A stretch of 64,000 nt of DNA from Sedimentisphaerales bacterium (GCA_963708075.1 OY970194.1:5504001-5568000), one strand, 5' to 3'; counted from the first letter of the stretch, positions 27,693 to 37,233 are shown. Translations and numbers: made by a program. Notes: generated from the letters alone by a model not told the origin.

Positions 27693-28547
27693 ATGGCCGG
27701 ACCGTGCTGTGACAATTGCGTGTATTCCGTCTGTGATCCGGAGCTGACGAAGCGACTGCTGTGGCTGGGCGAGCCGATCGTGCCGAGGTGCGCCAACCAT
27801 CCTTTCTGGCCGGGCCGGTTGCACGACGTGCCGGGCGTCCCCTGCCCGAATTACCGCCGCAAGCCCGCCTTGCCCGCAGGCGACGTCCGCATGATCCCGC
27901 TGGGCGACGGCTTCTACGCCTACGTTGACGCCGCCGACTACGAATGGCTCAGCCAATGGAAGTGGCACCTGCACAGCGGCGGATACGCCGGGCGCAGCGA
28001 GAAGGGCAAGACGATCCTCATGCACCGCCAGATCATGCGCCCGCCAAAGGGGATGCTCGTAGACCACGCCGACGGCAGCAAGGCCAACAACTGCCGGTCC
28101 AATCTCCGCTTCTGCAACCGCTCTGAGAACCAGCGCAACTCGCGTAAGAAGACCGGCTCGGCCTCCCGATACAAAGGGGTCTTCTACGACAAGCGATGCA
28201 ACAAGTGGTTCGCCAGGTATCGCCAGAACGGCAAATATCACGGGCTCGGCTATTTCGACCTGGAGGTCGATGCGGCCCGCGCGTACGACTATGCCGCCGT
28301 CCTGCACTACGGCCAGTTCGCCCGCCCGAACTTCCCCGAAGAATGGCCCCCCAACCGCCGAGCCCAGCTCCTTGCCCAGCACGACGGGGCGAAGAGCGAA
28401 AGCAAGAAGGGAGGAAGGTCAGAAGGTAAGAAGGCCGGAACGGCCAAAGCCAAGAAAGCAGAATCTCGTAGGGGCGAATCATCATTCGCCCGCAAATCTT
28501 CACCACGGAGGACACGGAGACCACGAAGAAAACGCAACCGCGGATGA
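27693..28547 (+). CDS. HNH endonuclease with AP2 DNA-binding domain and Cys-rich N-terminus
   Basis: HNH motif MHRQIM...VDHADGSKANNCRSNLR...EN..N. AP2-like SRYKGV...W.AR...LGYF..EVDAARAYD. GGGAG RBS. Confidence 0.88.
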   Translation: MAGPCCDNCVYSVCDPELTKRLLWLGEPIVPRCANHPFWPGRLHDVPGVPCPNYRRKPALPAGDVRMIPLGDGFYAYVDAADYEWLSQWKWHLHSGGYAGRSEKGKTILMHRQIMRPPKGMLVDHADGSKANNCRSNLRFCNRSENQRNSRKKTGSASRYKGVFYDKRCNKWFARYRQNGKYHGLGYFDLEVDAARAYDYAAVLHYGQFARPNFPEEWPPNRRAQLLAQHDGAKSESKKGGRSEGKKAGTAKAKKAESRRGESSFARKSSPRRTRRPRRKRNRG

Positions 28548-28770
28548 ACCAGATGAACGCTGCGAAGGAGCCGCGACACGGCAACGGCGAGAGCCGGTAT
28601 GGTGGGCTCCGCCCACCGGTTCTTCTGACAACCGACAACTGACTACCGACTACTGGCCTTCCATCCGCAGATTTCGCCGATTGACGCAGATTTTGTAGGG
28701 TGTGCATCGCACACCGATTCCCTTTCGTGCCAGGCATGTCATTCCCGCCGAGTCGGGAATCCAGGTCTCT
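28468..28770. repeat. mosaic of short REP-like and heptamer repeats (left arm)
   Basis: GTAGGGGCGAATC..ATTCGCCC, CACCACGGAGGACACGGAG, TGACAACCGACAACTGACTAC, GTAGGGTGTGCATCGCACACC, GTCATTCCCG..CGGGAATCCAG. Confidence 0.7.
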
Positions 28771-29001
28771 TCACCGCGAAGAACTGGAGGCCACGAAGGG
28801 GAACGCGCAGGCGGATCGGAATTCACAAGAAATATCTGACATCTTCAATTCTCCTGCGTGTCAGAATGTGAAATGTGTAGGTGTGACCCCCTATTTCTGC
28901 GTTGCAGGGCTGTATTAGGACGCAGTTGCTTGACACTTGGCCCCTAATAATGGTATGATGATCTGTGTGCCGTTATTGACCGTCGATGGAGAGAACCACC
29001 A

Positions 29002-29283
29002 ATGAAAGCGAAGAAACGCGAGATCATGCTTATGGTCTTGGTAACCCTGATTCCCACTGTGTGGACTGTTGTGCAAGATGGGGACAAGCCAAGTGAAACC
29101 GTTCCACCATTCAAGTACACCGTAGTAGACGAAGGCGACACGCTTCGCGGCCTGCAAGAAGTAAAAGTTGCCACGGAGGACTTGAGACTGGGGGTGGAAC
29201 GACTCGGCTTGACTAGGCAGACCGCTTATAGCCTTGCCAAGAAGTGTATGACTGTCGAGCTTGGCAGGGGCACTACGGCATAG
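29002..29283 (+). CDS. small hypothetical protein with N-terminal hydrophobic segment
   Basis: GGAG before ATG 29002. Signal-like N-terminus. May be truncated. Confidence 0.45.
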   Translation: MKAKKREIMLMVLVTLIPTVWTVVQDGDKPSETVPPFKYTVVDEGDTLRGLQEVKVATEDLRLGVERLGLTRQTAYSLAKKCMTVELGRGTTA

Positions 29284-29299
29284 TGTGAAGGTTTATTGC

Positions 29300-30130
29300 A
29301 TGAGCATACGCAAGAGGTTCGGTGAAATCTTTGGTGTGGAGGACGGTCTTGAAGACGAAAGGAAGCGGTTCGTTGAAAGGGTAAATCAGGCCATCTTCCA
29401 CCGCATAGATACGGAGAGACCAGTTAGTTGGGAGTTCAATTATCCCGAGTTGTTCAGAGCCGTATGTTTTGAATTGGGTATTAATGCTCATACCATTCCG
29501 CCAAGAAGAAGGATGCTCACAACTAATGAGCCTTTACCCGCCGAGATAAGGACTCTGACAGACGGCACTTTCACTGCAACGCTTGTGGTGCTATGTGCCA
29601 TGTACCAACATCTGGCGGAAAAAGGTCCGTACGAAAGTCAAGAATGGTTGTCCCAAGAGATTGAAAAGGTGCTGTCCCGTTGCACCTGTGATATCGGAGT
29701 CCGATGGAAGGAAGGATTCTTCTATTTAGCCGGTGCGGAGGAGTTAGACAAACCTCTTATTGAGGATGCGCTGACCTGGTTAAGGGACTACCCGAGTGAA
29801 GAGAAGGACTACCGAGCTGCTTTACATCATTACACAGCGCGAGATTCCTTAGCTGATGTTGTCACGAACTGCTACTCGGCCGTAGAGGGACTGGCAAGGA
29901 GTGTGCTCGGGAACAGGAAAACGCTGGACAAGAACAAGGATGAGTTACTGGCCAAAATAGGTCTGTCAAACGGATGGAAGTCGTTGATGGCCAATTACAT
30001 CAACTATGCTCATGACTACCGGCACTCGTCCGAGACAAGGCATACAATAACGAAGCAAGAGGCCGAAGCGTACTTGTACATGACGGGTTTGATAATCCGG
30101 CTGACCATTGAATCCGGTTTGGCCACATGA
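29300..30130 (+). CDS. hypothetical protein with AbiJ-like/HEPN-like C-terminal domain (candidate defence protein)
   Basis: Pattern NCYSAVEGLAR..LG..KTL ... YRH ... EA resembles HEPN domains of AbiJ-type proteins. Lower GC than flanks. Confidence 0.6.
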   Translation: MSIRKRFGEIFGVEDGLEDERKRFVERVNQAIFHRIDTERPVSWEFNYPELFRAVCFELGINAHTIPPRRRMLTTNEPLPAEIRTLTDGTFTATLVVLCAMYQHLAEKGPYESQEWLSQEIEKVLSRCTCDIGVRWKEGFFYLAGAEELDKPLIEDALTWLRDYPSEEKDYRAALHHYTARDSLADVVTNCYSAVEGLARSVLGNRKTLDKNKDELLAKIGLSNGWKSLMANYINYAHDYRHSSETRHTITKQEAEAYLYMTGLIIRLTIESGLAT

Positions 30131-30517
30131 CACATGAGGCGAATCTGGGGACGCCATACTCAATTCAGGACCAAAATAAGTAAGCTGTCCCCGGATTTCC
30201 CTTTGGGGACGAGGAGGGAGGTGGGGCCGCGTCTTTAATCATATAATTATCTGAGCAGTTCGAATGAAAAAGACAGTTGTCGGTTGCTGGTTGCTCGTTG
30301 TTGGTTGATAGCTGTAATCGGCGGAAGAGGAACGGGGGCGTTGGATTTTTGATTTATGATTTATGGTTGGGCAGGAGGCCCCGGTTGCGGATTTGGGATT
30401 TCGGATTGCGGAATGAGGCCGGTTGTTGGTTGCCGGTTGCCAGTTGTCGGTTTGAAATCCGTGTCGAGTAAGAGCCCTCAGTCCAAGGCGGGCTCGCGGC
30501 GGGATAGGATTTGGCGG

Positions 30518-30546
30518 TTGCTGCGTCCGGCCGGCGAGCTTATAAT
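30518..30546 (+). promoter_or_regulatory. sigma70-type promoter of the toxin-antitoxin operon
   Basis: TTGCTG, 17-nt spacer, TATAAT. Confidence 0.55.
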
Positions 30547-30591
30547 CGTTTCAGATACAGGTTAAGCCGGGCAGTCGTTCTTGAGGAGTAT

Positions 30592-30819
30592 ATGACGTTC
30601 ACACGTATTACAATCGATCCGGAGAAGATGGGCGGGGTTCCATGCATTCGGGACCTGCGCATGCCGGTGGCGACTGTCGTGGCGATGGTCGCTGAGGGCA
30701 TGACCGAGGAGGAGATCCTCGAGGCGCATCCCACCCTGGAGCAGGAGGATATCCGCGAAGCTCTGCGGTACGCCGCTGAGGCTGTCAAGGAGCGGGCCTT
30801 GCCCTTGACCAGTGCATGA
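30592..30819 (+). CDS. DUF433 antitoxin
   Basis: RITIDPEKMGGVPCIRDLRMPVATVV...EEILEAHPTLEQEDIREALRYAA. GAGGAG RBS. Confidence 0.92.
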   Translation: MTFTRITIDPEKMGGVPCIRDLRMPVATVVAMVAEGMTEEEILEAHPTLEQEDIREALRYAAEAVKERALPLTSA

Positions 30820-31187
30820 GATTCCTTGTGGATAATCCGGTCTCGCCGCTGGTGGCTGCATCGCTTTGCCGAGACGGCCATGATGCCGTTCACGTCCTTG
30901 ACTATGGGCTTCAGGCGGCATCGGATGCCGCCATCTTTGAGCGTGCGTCGCAGGAGGATCGAATCGTCGTGACGAGCGACACAGATTTCGGCCTCTTGGC
31001 GGCGCGGACCGGGGTACGCAAGCCTTCCATTATCCTGTTCCACCACAGCTTCTCTCACCGGCCGAGCGAACAGGCAAGAATCCTTGTCAGAAACCTTCCA
31101 CCGCTTCGCGCCGCGCTGGAACAGGGAAGTTTAGTCGTGCTCGAAAGCCATCGTATTCGGATTCGTTCGCTCCCGATCATCGGCTAA
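30816..31187 (+). CDS. DUF5615 PIN-like toxin
   Basis: MRFLVDN..S, GHDAVHV, D..I, RIVVTSDTDFG. ATGA overlap with the antitoxin. Confidence 0.9.
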   Translation: MRFLVDNPVSPLVAASLCRDGHDAVHVLDYGLQAASDAAIFERASQEDRIVVTSDTDFGLLAARTGVRKPSIILFHHSFSHRPSEQARILVRNLPPLRAALEQGSLVVLESHRIRIRSLPIIG

Positions 31188-31199
31188 GGGGCGGGACGG

Positions 31200-31648
31200 C
31201 GTTTGGATTGCGGATTGAAGAGGCAGGGATCGGGAGTTGGGGATCAGGGGCCTGTGCTTTGTGATTTACGATTTTTGATTTACGATTGCGGGGGCAACCC
31301 GAGTCGCGTGCCTTCTCCGTGATCTCCGTGCCTCGGTGGTGAAGAAAGTAGTTGTCGGTTTTCGGTTGTCATTTCTCAGAAGATGGATTCCTGCTTTTGC
31401 AGGGTACGTGTTTAGCGTGAAGCCGACCGTTCGCCGGGTGGCACCGCCAAACTCGTTTGACGGTGCTCATTCGACCGAGTCTGGTCAATCGGGACCCCCA
31501 CGGGCAAACAAGTTTGCCCGTGCCACCCAGGACTGGGCGCATCCAGGCTAAACACGTACGTCGCAGGAATGACAGAATCGGAATCCCTGTTCATCGGTGT
31601 GAATTCGTGTCGAACAGGTGAGGGCGGGCGAATGTGATTCGCCCCTAC
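31200..31648. repeat. mosaic of heptamer and REP-like repeats (right arm), including nested palindromes
   Basis: Reverse-complement versions of the units at 28468-28770. GTACGTGTTTAGC/GCTAAACACGTAC enclose a GGGTGGCA...TGCCACCC unit. Confidence 0.7.
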
Positions 31649-31741
31649 GAGGGTGGCGTGGGTCGGGTTTGGGCCGTTTGGCCCGGCGGATGTGCGGCGG
31701 GAGGCTTTACAGGGCGGTTGGCGAAGCTATACTGGCTGAGT

Positions 31742-33595
31742 ATGGTTGGAAATGAAGAAAATACTGTGGGGCTGGTGGAGACCCGGACGATTCGCGTTGT
31801 CGAGCAGGATAATCCGCTCCTGCTGGACTGTGGCAAGAAACTCGGGCCGATTGATGTCGCCTACGAGACCTACGGGCAACTCAATCAGGCGGGCGATAAC
31901 GCTATCCTCATTTGCCACGCGTTGAGCGGCAACGCCCATGTGGCGGGCTACCATAACGCGGCCGACGAGAAGCCGGGGTGGTGGGAGAGCATGGTCGGGC
32001 CCGGCAAAGGAATCGACACGAACAAGTACTTCGTGATCTGCTCCAACTTCCTTGGCGGCTGTTCGGGCACGACCGGACCGTCGTGCATAAATCCTGAAAC
32101 GGGCAGACCTTACGGCTTGGACTTCCCCATCATCACTATCGCCGACATGGTGCGCGTCCAGAAACTGCTGCTCGATGCACTGGGGATCAAGCACCTGCTG
32201 GCCGTGCTCGGCGGGTCCATTGGCGGCATGCAGGTCCTGCAGTGGGCAATCGCCTATCCCGACATGATGGCGGCCGCGATTCCTATCGCCACGACCACGC
32301 ACCTCGGGGCGCAATCCATCGCGTTCGACGCCGTCGGCAGAAACGCCATCCTCGCCGACGCCAATTTCGCCGACGGGCAGTACCACGAAAAAGGGGTTCC
32401 CGCCCAGGGACTGGCCATCGCCCGGATGATCGGGCATATCACCTACCTGTCGGAGGAGGGCATGCGGCAGAAGTTCGGCCGACAGCTCCGAAGCGCCGAC
32501 AGGTACAGCTACGAGTTCAACTCGGAGTTCGCTGTCGAGACGTACCTGGATCACCAGGGCCAGTCCTTCGTCGAGCGGTTCGACGCGAACAGCTACCTGT
32601 ATATCACGAAGGCGTCGGACTATTTCGATCTGCCGCGAGATTACGGCTCGCTGGAGGAGGCGTTCGCCAGCGTCAAGGCGCGGTTTCTCGTTGTGAGCTT
32701 CAGCAGCGACTGGCTCTTTACGCCGGTCCAGTCCGAGGCCATGGTCGATGCCCTCGTCGCCAATGGCAAGGACGTGAGCTACTGCAATATCGCCTCGTCC
32801 TACGGCCACGACGCGTTCCTGCTGGAGAACCCGGACGCTTGGCGCGTTTCTGTCGAGCTTCCTGGAGGTGACGCACAAGCCGGGCGTAAAGACTGGCTCC
32901 ATCGCGAACTGCTGCGGGTCGAGGCGGCCGCGGACGCGCTTCGAGCAGGCCCATCGCACCCGCGTCGATTACGAGCTGATCGAGTCGCTGATCGAGCCGG
33001 GCAGTACGGTCCTCGACGTCGGCTGTGGCGACGGCGAGCTGCTCGCGAGGCTGACCGCCGACAAGAAAATCCGGGGCAAAGGGGTGGAGCTGGATGAGCC
33101 CCAGGTGCTCGACTGCGTCTGCCGGGGGATTGCGATTATCCAGCGCGATATCGACCGCGGCCTGCAAAGCTACTCTGATAAGAGCTTCGATTACGTCATC
33201 CTCTCGCAGACCGTGCAGACGATCAAGGACCCCGAGCGGGTCTTTCTGGAGCTGCTTCGCGTGGGACGCAAGGTGATCGTCAGCTTCCCGAACTTCGGGC
33301 ACTGGCGCTGCCGCTGCAACTGCTCTGGAGCGGCAAGGCCCCGGTGACCCGGCAACTGCCCTTCCGCTGGCACAATTCGCCGAATATCCACTGCCTGTCC
33401 CTGAAGGATTTCGAGGACTTCTGCGAGCGCCTCGGCGTGATCATCGAACACAGAATCCCCATCGTAAGAGCCCGCCGCAACCCCGTCCGCCTCACCCCCA
33501 ACCTCTTCGCCGAGCAGGTCATTTACATGACAAGCAAGAAAATCTTGACAGCCCCCACGGCCATCAGTTCTAATACACCGACCTCGGGCGATTAG
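31742..33595 (+). CDS. metX: homoserine O-acyltransferase fused to a MetW methyltransferase-like domain; two apparent indels (~32828, ~33314)
   Basis: CHALSG, NFLGGCSGTTGP, nucleophile motif GGSIGGMQ, RFDANSY, GHDAFL. MetW motifs VLDVGCGDGELL, FDYVILSQTVQ, VSFPNFGHW, PNIH. Removing one A at ~32828 joins the domains. Confidence 0.88.
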
Positions 33596-33659
33596 CTCAG
33601 TTGGCTAGAGCGCACGGATCACACCCGTGAGGTCACAGGTCCGAATCCTGTATCGCCCA
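33586..33659 (+). tRNA. tRNA-Val (CAC)
   Basis: Acceptor stem GGGCGAT/ATCGCCC plus discriminator A. D-arm GCTC/GAGC. Anticodon arm CACGG-ATCACAC-CCGTG. T-arm ACAGG-TCCGAAT-CCTGT. CCA not encoded. TTGACA at 33545. Confidence 0.93.
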
Positions 33660-34105
33660 TTCACGTAACTTCTTTTCTTGCATGGCTTTACGGCGATCTC
33701 CGGTATTCCGATTCGCCTCTGAGGCCTCGGCATCTCTTGCCGCCGAACCGGCAGCGCGCGGGTTTTCCTCGTTTTTGATTCGGCCTTTCGCTGGCCTCGA
33801 TTCTCAAACCGCAGGGATGCAAGACCTTGCACCTCCACGGAAAGGTCGAGTTCAGCCAAAAGACTAAATCGGAAGCAGGAGAATCCCGCTGGCCGCCAGG
33901 CCGCCGGCGATAGATATACAGGTACTGACTAAGGGTCCATAGGACAGTCAAAGTGCCTGAATTTGAAGTGCATTGTGCCCATCCGGCGAGACAAGAACCA
34001 GCAGGCCGAGATCATCGCGAGAACGGAAGAGCAGATGAGTTGAACGACTTGACTTGAACTTGTGCCGGGAACCGTGCCTTTCTAATTCAATCAAAAAGGG
34101 GAATA

Positions 34106-34771
34106 TTGGTGCAAGAACCGGCCCAACCCATCCGTCACGAGCCTCGCTGGCCCGTCGCACTCGCGATCCTCGCGGTACTTTTGGTGCTCACGTTGTTGCC
34201 CGCTCGCACCAGGCTGTTCCCCTCCTGGTTTCCCTACGCCATCGGGATCGGCCTGCTCCTGCCGATGGTCGGCGTCTGGCTGAGTGGCGCCGATGCGCGG
34301 TGGCTGCGCGTCGAGCGGACGACCACGCTGGTGTTCTCCGTGCTTGCGGAGGCCGTGACCCTCACGACCGTGCTGTATCTGGTAGTCGAGATGCTGGACC
34401 GACCGACGGACTTCAGCGGCCGTCAACTGCTCACGTCAAGCATCGGGGCGTGGCTCACCAACGTGCTGGCGTTCTCGCTGGTGTATTGGCGGATCGATCG
34501 TGGCGGCCCCGAAGCCCGGGCGAACGACGCGGGCACGAAGCCGGACTGGCTCTTCCCGCAGACCGGGGTTCCCGAGGAGGCGCCGCCCGACTGGCGGCCG
34601 ACGTACGTCGACTACCTGTTCCTCGCGTTCTCGACGGCGATGGCGTTTAGCCCCGCCGATGCCCTGCCGCTGACGTCCCGGGCGAAGATGCTGATGATGC
34701 TTGAGAGCGCGGTCTCGCTCCTGACGCTCGTCACCGTCGCGGCACGCGCGATTAACGTCCTCGGCAGTTGA
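34106..34771 (+). CDS. DUF1345-like membrane protein
   Basis: W..NVLAFSLVYWRIDRGGP, DWLFPQ, WRPTYVDYLFLAFST...FSPADALPL, AARAINVL. Confidence 0.8.
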   Translation: MVQEPAQPIRHEPRWPVALAILAVLLVLTLLPARTRLFPSWFPYAIGIGLLLPMVGVWLSGADARWLRVERTTTLVFSVLAEAVTLTTVLYLVVEMLDRPTDFSGRQLLTSSIGAWLTNVLAFSLVYWRIDRGGPEARANDAGTKPDWLFPQTGVPEEAPPDWRPTYVDYLFLAFSTAMAFSPADALPLTSRAKMLMMLESAVSLLTLVTVAARAINVLGS

Positions 34772-34917
34772 TGAAACGGAAGAATAGGATAGCAAGACAG
34801 AATCTTTCCAGCTCTCTAGCGTCGAATGGAGTATAATGTGGAACTCAAAGGTAAGACGGCACTCGTAACAGGGTCAGGAGGAGGAATCGGCAGTGTAATG
34901 CCCTCCGGGAGAGAACG

Positions 34918-35559
34918 ATGGCGACAACTCCCTCGATAGCGATCTCAGCCGGAGAGATGCTGGCATTTTTCTTCCTTCTGCTCGGGCCGATCAAGATCCT
35001 CGGGCCATTCGTGAAGCTGACGCGAGGCGCCGAACCCCGCTTCCGCCGGCAGCTCGCGGTCCGGAGTGTCCTGCTGGCGGCCGGCGCTCTGGTGGCCGCC
35101 GCCATCATCGGCGAGAAGTTTCTGGACAACTTCCGCATTCGGGTGCCGGTGCTGGCCATTACCGGCGGCCTGATCCTCTTCCTGGCGGCGCTGGATACGG
35201 TTATGCAGCAATTCCGTGGACCGGTGGGCACCGACGCGGAGGACACGCCGCTCTCTCTGAGTCTGGCGGTCAGCCCGCTGGCCTTCCCGACTATTGTCAC
35301 GCCCTCCGGCATTGCGGCGGTGATCATTTTTGTGACGCTCAGTCCGGATCTGGCGGGGAAATTGACGATCGGCCTGTTGCTGCTGGTGATCCTGATCCTG
35401 GATCTGGTCGCCATGCTGTACGCGCGGGCCATCCTGAAGTGGCTGACGCTGCCGCTGTACATCCTGGGGGTGGTGCTCGGTGTCATTCAGGTGGCTCTCG
35501 GCCTCAATATCATATTGGTGAACCTCAGTCGGATCGGGGTGTTCACCCTGACCCCCTAA
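34918..35559 (+). CDS. MarC family membrane protein
   Basis: LLGP.K..PF, GGLILF, AVSPLAFPTIVTPSGIA. About six TM segments. Confidence 0.85.
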   Translation: MATTPSIAISAGEMLAFFFLLLGPIKILGPFVKLTRGAEPRFRRQLAVRSVLLAAGALVAAAIIGEKFLDNFRIRVPVLAITGGLILFLAALDTVMQQFRGPVGTDAEDTPLSLSLAVSPLAFPTIVTPSGIAAVIIFVTLSPDLAGKLTIGLLLLVILILDLVAMLYARAILKWLTLPLYILGVVLGVIQVALGLNIILVNLSRIGVFTLTP

Positions 35560-35625
35560 GCCCTCCGGCAGGCGGTGGCGACGAACGGCTCGCCCCTGAA
35601 TGTCGCAGAGCGATGAGCAGGAACA

Positions 35626-37140
35626 ATGAGATCGTGGCCAAGATATCCCGTGATTTATGAAATCAACACCTGGGTCTGGCTTGACGAGCTGAGCCGGAAA
35701 TACAACAGGTCCGTCGCGCTCTCGACCGTGCCGGCTGAGGAATGGGATTTCTTATCCTCCTTCGGCTTTGATGCCATATGGCTCATGGGTGTTTGGGAAC
35801 GAAGCCCTGCGGGCATCGCCATTGCGAATCAGAACCAGGGTCTTTTGGAGGACTTCCGGCGGGCTCTTTCCGATTATCGGTCGGAGGATAACGTGGGGTC
35901 TCCTTATTGTGTGCGGCAATACGTGGTTGACGAACACCTGGGAGGTCCCGAAGGTCTGGCCGTTGCCCGGAGAGAACTCGCCAGGCGGGGGCTCAAGCTT
36001 ATTCTCGATTTCGTCCCGAACCACGCGGCGCCGGACCATCCATGGGTCATCCATCATCCTGAATACTTCGTTCTGGGGGACACTGAGGATGCGAGGAACG
36101 ATCCGGCGTCATTCATTGAGACGGCAGGAAAGGTGTTTGCCTGTGGCCGGGGCTCCTGCTTTCCTGCATGGTCGGATCTGCTGCAACTGAATGCCTTTCA
36201 GCCGGAACTCCGCCAGGCGGCGATCGAGACTCTTTCGGATATCGCCGGTCAGTGCGATGGTGTGCGCTGCGACATGGCGATGCTCCTCATCAACTCTATC
36301 TTCGAGCGTACCTGGGGTAGCCGTGCGGGTCAACGGCCGGCAACAGAGTACTGGGTGGATGTGATTTCCGCCATACGGAAAGCGCATCGGGATTTCCTTT
36401 TTGTGGCGGAGGCTTATTGGGACCGCGAGCGGGAACTCCAGCAGCAGGGGTTCAATTACAGTTACGACAAACGCCTGTACGATCATCTGGAACACGACAG
36501 CGCAGAGAGCGTGCGGCTCCATCTGCGCGCCGACCTTGCCTACCAGGGAAAGCTGGTCCGCTTTATAGAGAATCACGATGAGCCTCGCGCCCTTTCCGTG
36601 TTTTCGCCCCCCAAGGAGCGCGCTGCCGCCGTGACCATGGCCACGATTCCGGGAGCAAGACTCTTTCATGAAGGGCAGTTCGAAGGAAGAAAGGTCAGGC
36701 TTCCTGTCTTCCTCGGCCGCCGTCCGGTTGAACCCGTGGACTCTGACCTCCAGGCTTTTTACCGTACGCTGCTGAAAACCGCTTCCCTGGAGGGGCTGCG
36801 GAATGGTCGCTGGCAACTCTGTGATCGAACCGGCTGGCCGGACAATGCAAGTTACCAGAACCTCGTTGCCTGGTGCTGGCGCAGCGCCGGCGAGCATCAC
36901 CTGATCGTTGTGAATCTCTCGGCCTCGGGTGCGCAAGGGCACGTCCTGCTGCCATGGGAGGAACTCAAAGGCAGGACATGGCAGATGACCGACCTCTTCA
37001 ACGGAAAGGAGTACGAATGGAGCGGCGATGAGATGTACACCCGAGGATTGTACGTGGATCTTCTCCCCTGGGGATACCATGTCCTGACCCTGGTGAAGAA
37101 GAAACGGCAGGGCGCGCTCTCCTCGAAACAGAATGAATGA
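35626..37140 (+). CDS. alpha-amylase family (GH13) glycoside hydrolase
   Basis: LDFVPNH, GVRCDMAML (nucleophile), FVAEAYW (acid/base), FIENHDE. Confidence 0.9.
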   Translation: MRSWPRYPVIYEINTWVWLDELSRKYNRSVALSTVPAEEWDFLSSFGFDAIWLMGVWERSPAGIAIANQNQGLLEDFRRALSDYRSEDNVGSPYCVRQYVVDEHLGGPEGLAVARRELARRGLKLILDFVPNHAAPDHPWVIHHPEYFVLGDTEDARNDPASFIETAGKVFACGRGSCFPAWSDLLQLNAFQPELRQAAIETLSDIAGQCDGVRCDMAMLLINSIFERTWGSRAGQRPATEYWVDVISAIRKAHRDFLFVAEAYWDRERELQQQGFNYSYDKRLYDHLEHDSAESVRLHLRADLAYQGKLVRFIENHDEPRALSVFSPPKERAAAVTMATIPGARLFHEGQFEGRKVRLPVFLGRRPVEPVDSDLQAFYRTLLKTASLEGLRNGRWQLCDRTGWPDNASYQNLVAWCWRSAGEHHLIVVNLSASGAQGHVLLPWEELKGRTWQMTDLFNGKEYEWSGDEMYTRGLYVDLLPWGYHVLTLVKKKRQGALSSKQNE

Positions 37141-37233
37141 CGAAAGGTCCGGCAGATGCGGTTCTCATTGTGCGGGGTATTCCGCCATCTCCTTGTCGTG
37201 TCATACGAATTATGATTAATTCGTGCGTCCTGC

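Noticed and set aside
27660..31200. Prophage remnant suggested by HNH-AP2 and the toxin-antitoxin pair
   Set aside because: No structural, terminase, integrase or replication genes are nearby.
28468..31648. CRISPR array or integron attC array
   Set aside because: There are no identical direct repeats with regular spacers, no cas or integrase gene, and no convincing RYYYAAC/GTTRRRY pairs.
33800..33865. c-di-GMP-I riboswitch-like words (CAAACC...GGGATGCAA)
   Set aside because: The stem with a GNRA loop expected between these words is missing. An Rfam scan would be needed to revive the idea.
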